A stretch of 64,000 bases of DNA. Source: Candidatus Zhuqueibacterota bacterium. GTDB lineage: Bacteria > Zhuqueibacterota > Zhuqueibacteria > Thermofontimicrobiales > Thermofontimicrobiaceae. The stretch lies in contig JBMOPW010000034.1 of NCBI GenBank assembly GCA_049322915.1, positions 488,567-552,566 on the forward strand, read 5' to 3'. Below are positions 10,810 to 22,376 of this stretch, in pieces. Both the position numbers and the translations under genes were made by a program. The first letter of the stretch is position 1; each line of letters opens with the position of its first letter. Below the pieces are notes generated by a model that saw only the letters and a list, made by a program, of their open reading frames with translations, ran no database searches and was not told the origin of the DNA.

Positions 10810-11925
10810 TCATAGAACCTGAGCGGGTAATTTCACGATGAATATGGTGCCAACTCCCTTCTTGCTTTTTACATCGATACTGCCAGCTAATTCTTTGGCG
10901 ATTTTTTTACAGATCGGCAGTCCCAACCCGGTACCGGGGATATTCTTTGTATTCTCGTCCTTCACCCGATAGAACTCTTCGAAAATCAGGGGAAGCTGGT
11001 CTTCGGAGATGCCAATCCCATTGTCTTCGACGCAGATGGTTATTTCATTGCCATTGCACTCGCCATAGATTCTGACAGATCCATCCCGGCGACCATATTT
11101 TATCGCATTGACAATGAGATTCGAGAACAGCATTTTGAGGCATTCGGTCTGCGCGTTCACCGCTGGCAGGTGCTGATCCAGTTGCGAGAGCAATGTGATA
11201 TTCGCTGCCCGCGCTTGTTCATTGTACGTTAGCAATATTTCATCGATCAACGGAGGAATCGACACGGCGCTCAGGCAAGCGACAAATTGGCCGCTCTCGA
11301 TTTTGGAGATGGTGAGCCAATCCCGGATCATGCAAAGCAGTTCCTGCACCCGAACCGTGGAGCGTTCTATCCATTCTCGCTGCAACGTTGCTTTATTCGG
11401 GGTATCGGGCAAATGCAGCAGGACATCCAGATATTGCTGCACCGCCACCAGTGGAGATTGTAATTGGTGAGAGACAAAGGTAATGAAGCGGCGTTCCAGG
11501 TTCTCCTTCTCTTTTTTCAATTGCCTGGATCGTTCGGCCAACTGACTTCGCTCGATGCCTCGATTGACAATGAGGCGTAATTCGTCCGGAGTAAAAGGCT
11601 TGGGCAGGAAGTCGTATGCGCCTGTTTTCATCGCCTCGACGGCCGTGCCAATTGTGGCATACCCGGTGATGACAACGATACAAATATTCGGGTCCATGCT
11701 GTGAACGCGGGCAATCACCTCCAGCCCACCAATTTTCGGCATTTTCAAATCCACAACCAGCAGATCCGGCTTTTGTACCTGGATGCGCTCCAGTCCCAAA
11801 ATGCCATCTTCGAACGTCTCGACCGCGAATCCTTCTTTTTCCAATATTTTCAAACAAGAGAGTCGCATGACAGGATCATCATCGATCACGAAAATCCTGA
11901 CTTTTTCATTTTGCTCATGTTTCAT
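10810..11925 (-). CDS. Receiver-domain + histidine kinase hybrid
   Basis: N-terminal receiver (IDDD, DLKMP, KPF), SHQLQSPL H-box, NAIKY, GTGLGL. Confidence 0.9.
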   Translation of the reverse strand: MKHEQNEKVRIFVIDDDPVMRLSCLKILEKEGFAVETFEDGILGLERIQVQKPDLLVVDLKMPKIGGLEVIARVHSMDPNICIVVITGYATIGTAVEAMKTGAYDFLPKPFTPDELRLIVNRGIERSQLAERSRQLKKEKENLERRFITFVSHQLQSPLVAVQQYLDVLLHLPDTPNKATLQREWIERSTVRVQELLCMIRDWLTISKIESGQFVACLSAVSIPPLIDEILLTYNEQARAANITLLSQLDQHLPAVNAQTECLKMLFSNLIVNAIKYGRRDGSVRIYGECNGNEITICVEDNGIGISEDQLPLIFEEFYRVKDENTKNIPGTGLGLPICKKIAKELAGSIDVKSKKGVGTIFIVKLPAQVL

Positions 11926-12004
11926 GAATCGTATCTCAACCTATCGTTAACTCGCGGTTCACCTGAACAACAACGAGGCGTTCTATTGTGCCCAACTAAT
12001 AATT

Positions 12005-12141
12005 ATATGAATGACCAGTTAAAATTTCAGCGCCTACATTTTTATTAATGGACATACGCGTCGTGGACGGTCGCCACCGTCCACTACAGATACAAAAAAG
12101 TATCCAATTTATTGCACATGCTTTCAACTGGTCATTCATAT
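12005..12141. mobile_element. 137-bp MITE-like element with an internal GTAG-type REP hairpin
   Basis: Perfect 16-bp terminal inverted repeat ATATGAATGACCAGTT / AACTGGTCATTCATAT; internal GTGGACGG-tcgcca-CCGTCCAC-TAC at 12063-12087. Confidence 0.6.
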
Positions 12142-12333
12142 TAATTCGAGAATGTAGTTGTTAAACAACAATCTTCAGTTACCGGGTTTCATTCATTTGG
12201 TGACAGGATAATTCCATCTGAACATGCTGATTTTCTTGTCGCTGAACGCGAATCGCTTCTTTCAGCTATTAGTTATCTGTGATTCAGATATCGTTTTTTG
12301 GAATTTGCAGCATTTCAATTTACAAATTCAGGT

Positions 12334-12741
12334 CTACTGGTTCAATAGTTTTTCTATCAGGCTCAGGAATTTCGGAATGTCCACTGGCTTGGTGAAATAA
12401 TAGTCCGGCATGATCATATCCACCTGCCCGGCAGCAGCCGGGAAGCGGGAGAGCGGATCCTCCTGAATTGAAGACACCATCAGAATGGGCATGTTTTTGA
12501 AATCTTCATATTCCTGTTGAAATTTAATCACCTGGTTCAGCAGGTATCCCTCGTCAATCGTCTCCATCATAATGTCCAGAATGATGAGGTCCGGTTTGTC
12601 AGATTTTAGACGTTGCAGACCCTGCTTCCCGGATTCCGCTTCAGTGACCTTGTAGTCATTACTTTCAAGAAGAGTGCGAATGGAAATACGAAAATCTTCA
12701 TCATCATCGATGATTAATATTTTTTTACGTTCAGCCATCAT
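12334..12741 (-). CDS. Single-domain response regulator
   Basis: IIDDD, ILDIMM, FTKP; GGAG RBS. Confidence 0.9.
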   Translation of the reverse strand: MMAERKKILIIDDDEDFRISIRTLLESNDYKVTEAESGKQGLQRLKSDKPDLIILDIMMETIDEGYLLNQVIKFQQEYEDFKNMPILMVSSIQEDPLSRFPAAAGQVDMIMPDYYFTKPVDIPKFLSLIEKLLNQ

Positions 12742-12770
12742 GGTCTCCAATGTTTGGTACGGTTATTTAT

Positions 12771-13133
12771 TTATTGATCAGCCCATTTTAAGGCGACTAA
12801 AAGCCGAGCCAGTTCACGGTCCTGCGCGTTGACACAGTGCTTTTCGCAGGCAGCCATGGTATCCCGCGTATTGCAATGCTCATTGCATTGCTCTGTGCCA
12901 TAGAGATCCTGGGTGTATTCAAATTCTCGCCTCAGCAGATGACGGAGCTTCGGTGTTAAAACAGAAATAGTGCTTCCACACCCGCGATGCTCAAAAATAA
13001 TGCAGTTCGCATCCGGGTGACCGGGAATCACTTGTAGCCATAACACTTTTACATCTTTATCATAGATAAAATCATCGACTGTATTCCATACGTGCTTACA
13101 TGCGCCGCAGGTTTTGAATGGTTTATTTGCCAT
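12771..13133 (-). CDS. Cys/His-rich hypothetical protein
   Basis: CxxC near the N-terminus, HxxC, and C-x3-C-x8-C-x3-C near the C-terminus; first gene of the signalling cluster. Confidence 0.75.
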   Translation of the reverse strand: MANKPFKTCGACKHVWNTVDDFIYDKDVKVLWLQVIPGHPDANCIIFEHRGCGSTISVLTPKLRHLLRREFEYTQDLYGTEQCNEHCNTRDTMAACEKHCVNAQDRELARLLVALKWADQ

Positions 13134-13307
13134 CTATTTACGGTCTACTCGCGATTTGGTAAATTTCATCAGGCTTTGGCGGCGGTTCATTTTTTCATCG
13201 GAACAGCATATTTATCCATTTCCCGATTCCGTCGTCTTGAAATGATTGCAGATATATCACTGAAAATCTAACTGCTCGACCAGAATTCGTTTCTTTTCGT
13301 TCGAAAA

Positions 13308-13336
13308 AAAATACTTAATAAATATGAAAAAGTCAA
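13308..13336 (-). promoter_or_regulatory. Putative sigma70-type promoter for the signalling cluster
   Basis: TTGACT-N17-TATTTT on the minus strand. Confidence 0.5.
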
Positions 13337-13444
13337 GGTATTTTAAGGGTCTAACCGCACTTTTTTCAAGCGCTCCAGCGCGGCTATTTCACCAATTCCG
13401 GCATGGAGAAGCGCGTCGAACTGGATCAATGATTTTTTCACATC

Positions 13445-13485
13445 AAAAAAAATGACCAATCACAAAAATGCTGTGACTGGTCATT
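13445..13485 (-). terminator. Rho-independent terminator
   Basis: Minus strand AATGACCAGTCACA...TGTGATTGGTCATT followed by a U-tract, just after the 13517 stop. Confidence 0.7.
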
Positions 13486-13516
13486 CGAAACAGCCCCATG
13501 AAAAAGCGAGATCGAA

Positions 13517-15934
13517 TCAGCGCGCTAAAATCATTTTGCCACTGGCCTGGAACTCGCCTGCCTCCATGCGATAGAAGTAAATCCCGCTGTAGGCATTCCG
13601 GCCGAGATCATCCTGGCCATTCCAGGTGAGCTGATATTTGCCGGAAGAGTAGAACTGGTTGGTCAGCGTCTTCACCCTCTCACCGAGCAGATTGTAGATG
13701 ACAATGGTCACCTGCCCATCTTTCGGGATTTGGAAAGCGATCTCCGTGGATGGATTGAACGGGTCCGGGAAATTCTCGCCCAATTGATAGGTCTCGGGCA
13801 CATCCTTTTCTCGCGATGCATTTACATCGCTCGTGGTGACTGCTATTTCACCGGAAATCGAGCGATTGTGGGCGTCATCCTCGACAGCCACGCGGTAGTA
13901 AATGGTCTCGATATTCGACACCGATTCATCGCGGAAATGGGTGTCCGATGTCTGGCCAATCATGTTTTGCAGGGTAGGTGAAAATCCCGGCGTCGTGCTC
14001 CTGAAAATGGAATACAGGGTCACATCCGGATGGGGATTCACATTCCATTTGAGTTCCACGGCCATTGGCACAGCTTCGGCAAGGACATCCGGCGCCGGCG
14101 GCGTCAGGTTATCAATCGAGTAGCCGCTATCAATAGCAGAATAATAAAAATTATGATAATCCGAACAATGCGCCACCACGACGAAATAGGAGTAGTAAAT
14201 ACCCTTTGCCGTGGAATCCCCCAATGTTGGCGATACATAGGAATAGTAAGGCAGCTTGATCGCCGGGACAGTGGTGATGAAATCCCAGATAAAATTCATA
14301 TCTTCCATGCGCGCCGGCAGTTCTTTTCCGGCATCGGAGAGGACTTCGAGTGCAGTTTTCTCGGCCGGCTTTTTTTCCTTTGAATTCGTCGGTATGGCAT
14401 CGAGAGCCAGCTTGCGCGGCGTCAATCTCCAGACGCTGTATTGCAGGATCGGCATGCCGTGGTACTCGCGCGAATCAAAAGACGAGTTTTTCCATGAGAC
14501 GCGCGCCTGCAATCCCTGATCATTAGGGATATCGCGAATGGCTTCAAGCTTCGGCTCAGGCATCGCCTGGATGATATTGAAGTCCACATACTGATCGCCC
14601 GGCGCAGCCTGGCGCATATTGCCACCTTCCACAATCATCTCGGGCGGGAAGTAATTCATGTTCAATGTGACATTCCATTTAGGAGCGAGCGAAGAAACAG
14701 CCATCACATAGAAACCGTTCATATCCGTCTGGGCATAGCCGTAGCCAAACATGTGGCCTTCATCCATGCCATTGACTTCGATGTTCGGCACAGGATTCAT
14801 TCCGAATTGCGTCACACGGCCCGAAATCGTCGCATCCGTTGGGTAAAGCACAAAATTAACATCCCTCAGTGTATCCCCGGATGCAATGTTCACAAATCGT
14901 TCATATGGATTCACATACCTGGGCGTGACATTATGGACATAGATATCATAATTGCCTTCAGTGACAGAAATGCGGTACTTGCCGCTGTCCACCTGGCCGT
15001 CTATCCACATACCGGTTTGTTGGTTGCGCGCGCCCACATACATTTGTAATAAACTCCCTAAATCATCTTTGGGCAGTTGGCCCAGATAATCAAGGATCGT
15101 CCCTTTGACGAGCGCCGACGCTTTTACGAAGGTGAAATTCACTTCATTGACATTCGTATTGACCCGGATTGTTATCCACTCCGGCGGAATATAGCCGGGG
15201 ATGAGATTGAAGGCATCGAAGGCCCAGACTTGCCAATCCCGCTCGACATCATCCGGGATGAACATGTGATAATCGCCGTTTGAATCGGTCAACGCGGCAA
15301 ACATGAACTCTTTCTGGTCGTCATTAGCCGTTGATAGAATTTTTTTATTGGGCAATTTACTCTGCAACGAGAAGGGTTCAATAGCGCCTCCGGAAGCGCC
15401 TGCATCGTCACCCGGCTGATTGTTATACACCGGCATGGCCTCAATCATGAGAAAGGGCTGATTTTTCGGTTCATCGACACGGCCTGAGATGGAAAACGAG
15501 GATTGAATCTGCTCCACCGTCAGCGTGGCCATATCTGCGCCGCCATTGTCGTAGACAACGAAAATATAGTGCACGTCGGCGATGCTCCAGAAATCCGTAA
15601 CTGTCAATAAAAATGCCCCGTTACGCTGAAAATCCTGATCTTCCCATCCCCCATCAACAAGCGGCTGGCCTTCATGTTCTGAACTAAAGCCGAATATATC
15701 CTTCAAACTGTCGATGACGCCGTTTTTGTTCACATCCAGCCATACCAACACATTGGCCAGACTATCGCCAGGGCTGAAATCGAACGACACGGTGAACGAA
15801 TCGTTCACGGTGATCGTTGCATTTTTTTGACCATTGATGTAAAAATTATGAGCGCCAAAGGCCTGACTCATGCTGAAAATGCAGATCAGTCCAAGAAGTG
15901 CAGCGCCAACTTTGTAGCTGTTGCGAGTTTTCAT
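13517..15934 (-). CDS. Secreted multi-beta-sandwich protein with T9SS type A / FlgD-Ig-like C-terminal domain
   Basis: Signal peptide; repeated ISGRV-type carboxypeptidase-regulatory-like modules; FN3-like region; C-terminal NFPDPFNPSTEI...WNGQD...SGIYFYRM...KMILAR. Confidence 0.8.
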   Translation of the reverse strand: MKTRNSYKVGAALLGLICIFSMSQAFGAHNFYINGQKNATITVNDSFTVSFDFSPGDSLANVLVWLDVNKNGVIDSLKDIFGFSSEHEGQPLVDGGWEDQDFQRNGAFLLTVTDFWSIADVHYIFVVYDNGGADMATLTVEQIQSSFSISGRVDEPKNQPFLMIEAMPVYNNQPGDDAGASGGAIEPFSLQSKLPNKKILSTANDDQKEFMFAALTDSNGDYHMFIPDDVERDWQVWAFDAFNLIPGYIPPEWITIRVNTNVNEVNFTFVKASALVKGTILDYLGQLPKDDLGSLLQMYVGARNQQTGMWIDGQVDSGKYRISVTEGNYDIYVHNVTPRYVNPYERFVNIASGDTLRDVNFVLYPTDATISGRVTQFGMNPVPNIEVNGMDEGHMFGYGYAQTDMNGFYVMAVSSLAPKWNVTLNMNYFPPEMIVEGGNMRQAAPGDQYVDFNIIQAMPEPKLEAIRDIPNDQGLQARVSWKNSSFDSREYHGMPILQYSVWRLTPRKLALDAIPTNSKEKKPAEKTALEVLSDAGKELPARMEDMNFIWDFITTVPAIKLPYYSYVSPTLGDSTAKGIYYSYFVVVAHCSDYHNFYYSAIDSGYSIDNLTPPAPDVLAEAVPMAVELKWNVNPHPDVTLYSIFRSTTPGFSPTLQNMIGQTSDTHFRDESVSNIETIYYRVAVEDDAHNRSISGEIAVTTSDVNASREKDVPETYQLGENFPDPFNPSTEIAFQIPKDGQVTIVIYNLLGERVKTLTNQFYSSGKYQLTWNGQDDLGRNAYSGIYFYRMEAGEFQASGKMILAR

Positions 15935-16493
15935 CTCGTACCTCCAGTTGAAAAATTCAAAAGTTACTGTTTATCCTACTATATCGAATTATTCGTGAAA
16001 GTTCTTAACTGGCAGGACGCATAGAAAAAATGTCTTTTTGCAATATGTGTGACAGCATTTTATTTCGCGGCCATCGGTGATGGGAACACTGCGGCTCTTG
16101 CTCGTGGCAATACCATGTATCAGCCTGCCGGCGAACTGAAATTTCGACAGGACGAATTCACTGCGTCGGATTGAATTGCTCAGGGATACATGTTGGGCGC
16201 TGGAAAGGCAATGGGAAGCAGCGGGATTCTCAGGAGGAATTGCAGAATGGCGGGACGCCGGATTCCCTGTACAGCCATTCGGTTTACGACAGGGACAAAG
16301 CGGCACGCTTTTATTGTCAAAAAAAAAGCTCCAATAATATCGAATTATTGAAGCTGTTCAAATCAATCGGCGCGGCCGGATGTTTCGGCAGTTCGGGCCT
16401 TTTCAATTTACCTGAACGAATGGAGGAATGCGCGGAGCCACTTGTAATTCCTCTGAGTGTCGGTACAAGGCGCGTTCTTCTCATTGCGCTGTA

Positions 16494-17036
16494 TCATTCA
16501 ACTCGTTTGAAAATGTGGTAGCCCACGCTGGATTTGACCACATCGCTGATCTGACCCACATTCAACGAACTGAGCGCCTTATCCAGTTCAGGAAGGAAAT
16601 CGCCTTTATTGATGATTCCAAGATCGCCGCCGTTTTCAGCATTGGGTCCAATGGAACGCTCCTTGGCCAATTGCTTGAAATCTGCACCGCCATCGAGCAG
16701 CGCTTTGATTTCTTTGGCCTCGGCATCTGTTTTGACCATGATATGCAGCGCCCGCATATTGAAACCGGGGATGTCAAACCGGGAATTTGTGAGCGATCCT
16801 TTCCAGATATACCCAACCAGATGAACGGCGACCCAGCCGCTCTCCTCTTCGATGGCGATCACCTTCGAGCCCTGGGGCAATTTGCATATCACTGTCCCAT
16901 TGGGTGATAGTCGTAAATTTTCCGACTCCGCTTTGATGTAGAGTTCATCCCCTTGCTGGAGTTTCAATTGAGCGAGACTGACAACCGGAAGCATCATCAG
17001 CGCAAAGAAAGCAAGTCTGATACCGATATGTTTCAT
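16494..17036 (-). CDS. Exported SH3-like + parvulin (PpiC) peptidyl-prolyl isomerase
   Basis: Signal peptide, NLRLSP SH3b-like segment, HIMV...FKQLAKERS...GGDLG...GYHIFK. Confidence 0.85.
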   Translation of the reverse strand: MKHIGIRLAFFALMMLPVVSLAQLKLQQGDELYIKAESENLRLSPNGTVICKLPQGSKVIAIEEESGWVAVHLVGYIWKGSLTNSRFDIPGFNMRALHIMVKTDAEAKEIKALLDGGADFKQLAKERSIGPNAENGGDLGIINKGDFLPELDKALSSLNVGQISDVVKSSVGYHIFKRVE

Positions 17037-17059
17037 TTTTTCCTCTCCTTAAACCTGTT

Positions 17060-17965
17060 TTAATGTGTATCAAGAAATAGATTAACTTTTTCAATTGTCG
17101 GAATGCCGAGCCTGCCGCCGATGGACTGGCATTTGATGGCCGCTGTTGCGCTGGCGAATTTCAGGATTCGGGGCAGCGGCCACTGTTGTACCAATCCAAA
17201 CGTGAACGCGCCGTGAAATACATCGCCTGCGCCCGTGGTGTCGACGACATCCACGGCAAACGCCGGTTGATGAAAGTAGTTACGTCCATCGCCGGCGTGG
17301 CAGCCTCTCGCGCCGAGCGTTACCACCGCAGCGGTCGCGCCGAATTCCAGCAATGCATCGATGATTTTTTTCGGCTCGGTCGTTTGAAAAAATGACGCCC
17401 CGAACGACTCGGATACAACCGGATAATGCACCCGGCGCAACAATTCGGTCATCTTCGCGCGCGGGCTTCCTGCGTCCAGGACAATCTGCGCGCCCTTCTC
17501 TTCTGCCCATTCAATCAATCGAAACGTCGCTTCTGTGTCGCGCCCGTCGATGAGCAGATAGTTGAAGCGGCGGATGAGTGCTGTCTTCAGTTCGTCGATT
17601 TGAACCGGGCGATAGCCATGGCTGTTGAGCACGATGGATTTTTTGCCGGATCGCTGATCGATCCAGATGAACGCCTGGTTCGTTGGCATGGCTTCGTCGA
17701 TGATGAGGCCGCGAATATCGACTCCTTCGCGCTGGAATTGTTCCTGCACAAATCGGCCATTCACATCGTTGCCAACTTTTCCGAGAAAGCATGTCGAACT
17801 ACCCAACCGAGCCAGGGTCACCAGCGCGGTTGCAGCCGGACCTCCGCCCTGAAAGGAGAATTGCCGCGCTTCAGTCTTTTCATCCAGCGCAGGATAGGCC
17901 GGGACAATGCACAGATAATCGGCGGCGCAAATCCCAAAGCCGACGCAGTCGAACTGGTCGTTCAT
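17060..17965 (-). CDS. PfkB-family carbohydrate kinase
   Basis: GGGPAATA and DTTGAGDVFHG signatures. Confidence 0.9.
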   Translation of the reverse strand: MNDQFDCVGFGICAADYLCIVPAYPALDEKTEARQFSFQGGGPAATALVTLARLGSSTCFLGKVGNDVNGRFVQEQFQREGVDIRGLIIDEAMPTNQAFIWIDQRSGKKSIVLNSHGYRPVQIDELKTALIRRFNYLLIDGRDTEATFRLIEWAEEKGAQIVLDAGSPRAKMTELLRRVHYPVVSESFGASFFQTTEPKKIIDALLEFGATAAVVTLGARGCHAGDGRNYFHQPAFAVDVVDTTGAGDVFHGAFTFGLVQQWPLPRILKFASATAAIKCQSIGGRLGIPTIEKVNLFLDTH

Positions 17966-19651
17966 CTACGCCTGTTTCGATTCGATTTTCCGGGTGACAA
18001 TCGCCAGTATATCCTCCTGCGATTGCTGCGCCCGTTCCAGCAGCGAGGACACTTCCGCTATTTTTTCCGCCACGAATGACGCATCGGTGATGCCTGGCAG
18101 ATTTATTTTCACATTCAATCCGGCGCCGTGAACGGCCGCGCGCGCCATGAGGGCGGCGACGCCGGCATCGCTGGCTGCGTTTTCGTTGCCGTGGAGCGCT
18201 ACAGTCCGGGCAAGCTCCATCACGATGAGAGAATTTTTCATGACGCTCAACGGCACAAGACAGGCGCCTTTGGTCGCCGACTGAATCGCTGACTCGCGCT
18301 GAGAGGCCTGGTCCCCGGTTTTCTTCGGCAGGCCAAATGCCGCCATCAGCGTGTTGAAAGCTTTGGTGTCTTCATCCACGGCGCGCAGCAATGCGTCTTT
18401 CAATTCCTGTCCCCTGACTGCGACGTTCCGCATCGGTTCCCACTGGCTTTCATAGCCTTTTTTCCCAACGGTCAAATTGGCGACCATGGTTGAAAGGGCT
18501 GCACCCAGGGCGCCGGCAAGAGCGGCAACGCTTCCCCCGCCCGGCGCCGGCGATTCGCTGGCCAGCTCATTGGAAAAATCGCGAAGGTCTTTTTTCACCA
18601 GGGGCCCTTTCAACTCACGGACCTGGTATTCGATGATCTTCTTTGCCGGATCGAATGGCGTCAAATCGCGCAGCCCCAGTGAAACGACCGCAGATTCGAC
18701 AAGCTCCTCTTCGGAGACGCCGGGGGATTTGCCCTGTTTCAGCAGATAGTACCGACCGGCGTCCAGCATGGCCTGCAGCGGGATCAATCCGACGAGCTCG
18801 CTGCCGGTCACTCGCAGGCCGCGTTTGTTGGCTTCGCTGCAAATGACATCGAACGCCACGTGCGGCGGTGTAATTTTATAATTGATAAAATTGATCGAGA
18901 CCTGCGCCAGGCCATACGTATCGATGTACCAGCCCACGGCGCGCGTTGCCGGCAGCAGTCCCGGTTCCATCACCGGCACGCCATGTTCATCGCGCACGAA
19001 TTTTCCATCAGCATCGCGCTTGTTCCGTCCGCTCTCCCGCACGGACAGCGCGATGTCGTGAGCCAATTTTTTATCCTTCGTATTCAAATTAACATTGTAG
19101 GCGATTAAAAACTCGCGCGCGCCGATCACGGTTGCCCCTGATTTTTCATTGAACACAGGCTCGCCGAAATCAGGCTTCCAGTTCGGATCGTTCAATTTTT
19201 CGGCCAGTCCCTCATATTCGCCCGACCGAATTGTGGCAAGACTCCGTCGCTCCGGCGTGGTCGCGGCTTCTTCGTAAAGATAAACAGAGATGTTCAACTC
19301 GTCCGCGACGCGTTTGCCCAGATCTCTGGCAATTTCCACGCATTCCGCCATGGTCACGCCGGATACCGGCACAAACGGACACACATCTGTCGCGCCCATT
19401 CTCGGATGCGCGCCTTTATGCTCGCGCATATTGATCACTTCAGCCGCTTTCTTTATCGCCCGGAACGCGGCCTCTTTCACGCCTTCCGGCGAGCCGATGA
19501 ACGTGACCACCGTGCGATTGGTGTCCGCCCCCGGATCGACGTCGAGCAGCTTCACGCCTTCAGTGCCTTCAATCTCATTTGTGATGAACTGAATCACATC
19601 TTTGTTTCGTCCCTCACTGAAATTCGGAACGCATTCAACCAGCTTCAGCAT
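17966..19651 (-). CDS. ftcd: Glutamate formimidoyltransferase / formimidoyl-THF cyclodeaminase
   Basis: LVECVPNFSEGR, HPRMGATDVCPF, C-terminal SPAPGGGSVAAL cyclodeaminase domain. Confidence 0.95.
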   Translation of the reverse strand: MLKLVECVPNFSEGRNKDVIQFITNEIEGTEGVKLLDVDPGADTNRTVVTFIGSPEGVKEAAFRAIKKAAEVINMREHKGAHPRMGATDVCPFVPVSGVTMAECVEIARDLGKRVADELNISVYLYEEAATTPERRSLATIRSGEYEGLAEKLNDPNWKPDFGEPVFNEKSGATVIGAREFLIAYNVNLNTKDKKLAHDIALSVRESGRNKRDADGKFVRDEHGVPVMEPGLLPATRAVGWYIDTYGLAQVSINFINYKITPPHVAFDVICSEANKRGLRVTGSELVGLIPLQAMLDAGRYYLLKQGKSPGVSEEELVESAVVSLGLRDLTPFDPAKKIIEYQVRELKGPLVKKDLRDFSNELASESPAPGGGSVAALAGALGAALSTMVANLTVGKKGYESQWEPMRNVAVRGQELKDALLRAVDEDTKAFNTLMAAFGLPKKTGDQASQRESAIQSATKGACLVPLSVMKNSLIVMELARTVALHGNENAASDAGVAALMARAAVHGAGLNVKINLPGITDASFVAEKIAEVSSLLERAQQSQEDILAIVTRKIESKQA

Positions 19652-19743
19652 ATCACTCCCCTGCATATTTTTCATGAACCATGTTTCAAAACGCTATCTG
19701 TAAAAATCTAACCATCTGTTCGCGCGCCCACCACTATGTTCTA

Positions 19744-20916
19744 TCAAACAACAATCAATTCCCTCTGGGGGGAAGATAAAAATTCACAGCCATGTTCGGT
19801 GACGACTATTTCTTCTTCGATGGTGGCCACGCCATACCCTGGCACCGTCAGGCGCGGCTCCAGCGTGTAAACCTGGCCCTTCTCGACTTTCAAATAGGGC
19901 AGCCGGCCGTAACGTTCCCAGCGCGGACACAATACCCCGGCGCCATCGTGGGCTACCCTTCCCACCTGATGTCCCAGCGCGTGCGGATATTCCTCGAATC
20001 CGCGGGAAACGATGTAGGATCGGGCGACGTCATCCACCTGCCAGCCTTCCACGCCTGGTTTGATGAACGCTGCGGCTCTGGCGATGGCGTCGCGCACCGT
20101 GTCAAATCCCTTTTTCACCTCGGCCGGGGCGTCGGTTTCGCCCGGGCGCAGGAAATACCACGTCCGCTGCAAGTCGGACACGTAGTCATCGATTTTAACG
20201 CCGAAATCGATATTCATGATATGCCCCGATTTGATGACTCTGTCCGTCGGGCTGTAATGGGCGCCGGCCGTATCCGGCCCTGAAAACACCGAGGGGCAGG
20301 TGGCCCGGTCCCACGAAACTTCGATACCGCGTTTTTCGACCTGATTCAAAATGAACTCAGCGACCTGCGCCTCAGTCAATCCCGGTTTGACAAACCGGGT
20401 CACTTCATCGAAAATATCGAGGGTGATCCTGATAGCATGTTTCAGCCGTTGAATTTCAGCCGGCGATTTTCGCCCGCGAAGCGCGGAGATGATGTCTTCG
20501 GAGGAAACCATGCGATTGATAAAAGGAGTTTCTTGCAAATAGCTCTGCAGCAGAAGGAACATGCCGTGAGTCAGACCATCCGCGGTGAAATCGCTGGCGG
20601 AGTAATTGATAGCGATGGAATTGGGATTGATCGATTGAATAGCAGATACCAGAACGTCTTTGATGGAGGCTTTGTAACTGATGGTCTCGTAATAACCGAG
20701 ATCCTTGATTGCGGCATAATCCAGATTGCCGACGATGGCGATTTTTTTCCCGGTCGCTGAAATCAGGAACGCAGATTGCCAGGTGCAGCTTGCGTTGAGA
20801 ATCAGCGGCAGACAGGGATCTGTGACGGTGTGGCTCTCGCGGACAAAGGTCAGCCACAGGTCGATGTTTCTCTCTTTCAGAATGTCGATCGCCTGCGTTA
20901 TTTTTTCGTTCACCAT
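19744..20916 (-). CDS. Xaa-Pro peptidase family (M24) protein
   Basis: IDFG...SDLQRT, HALGHQVG..HD, TLEP, IEEE metal ligands. Confidence 0.9.
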   Translation of the reverse strand: MVNEKITQAIDILKERNIDLWLTFVRESHTVTDPCLPLILNASCTWQSAFLISATGKKIAIVGNLDYAAIKDLGYYETISYKASIKDVLVSAIQSINPNSIAINYSASDFTADGLTHGMFLLLQSYLQETPFINRMVSSEDIISALRGRKSPAEIQRLKHAIRITLDIFDEVTRFVKPGLTEAQVAEFILNQVEKRGIEVSWDRATCPSVFSGPDTAGAHYSPTDRVIKSGHIMNIDFGVKIDDYVSDLQRTWYFLRPGETDAPAEVKKGFDTVRDAIARAAAFIKPGVEGWQVDDVARSYIVSRGFEEYPHALGHQVGRVAHDGAGVLCPRWERYGRLPYLKVEKGQVYTLEPRLTVPGYGVATIEEEIVVTEHGCEFLSSPQRELIVV

Positions 20917-20951
20917 ACCCGAACCTCTCGATTGAATTGGTGCGATTAGCC

Positions 20952-20983
20952 AAAAAGAAACCGAGATGGTGTTCTCGGTTTCT
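20952..20983 (-). terminator. Rho-independent terminator after mdh
   Basis: AGAAACCGAGA / TCTCGGTTTCT stem with a U-tract on the minus strand. Confidence 0.7.
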
Positions 20984-21021
20984 GGTAGACTTGATAAATG
21001 TTTGACGATTCAATCATCAAA

Positions 21022-21987
<966 letters not shown>

Positions 21988-22097
21988 TTATTTTGAACTG
22001 AAATTAGCGTCTACTGTAACGTGCTATGCGCACTGCTCTCGATTCTGGAAATGTCATTGAGTCGCTGCACCCGTAAATTAAAGCGCAAGGATACGGA

Positions 22098-22352
22098 TTA
22101 CGCTTCGACGATGTGAACCACTTTTTTGTCCTTGCCGCTTGTCGCGAACTTCACGACGCCATCGACTTTGGCAAATAATGTGAAATCATTGCCAACGCCG
22201 ACATTCTTTCCCGGATGGATTTTCGTGCCACGCTGACGGACCAGGATGCTTCCTGCAGAAACCTTCTGTCCGCCAAAACGTTTGACACCCAGCATTTGCG
22301 GATTGCTGTCCCGTCCATTCTTCGAACTGCCAACACCCTTCTTATGAGCCAT
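22098..22352 (-). CDS. rpmA: 50S ribosomal protein L27
   Basis: [16 protein letters not shown]...[13 protein letters not shown]. Confidence 0.98.
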   Translation of the reverse strand: MAHKKGVGSSKNGRDSNPQMLGVKRFGGQKVSAGSILVRQRGTKIHPGKNVGVGNDFTLFAKVDGVVKFATSGKDKKVVHIVEA

Positions 22353-22376
22353 GATTACTTCCTCCAAAATCCTGAT

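Noticed and set aside
22352..22367. N-terminal extension MEEVI on L27, suggesting Prp cleavage
   Set aside because: The extension is the GGAGG RBS read from a TTG, and no prp gene lies between rplU and rpmA.
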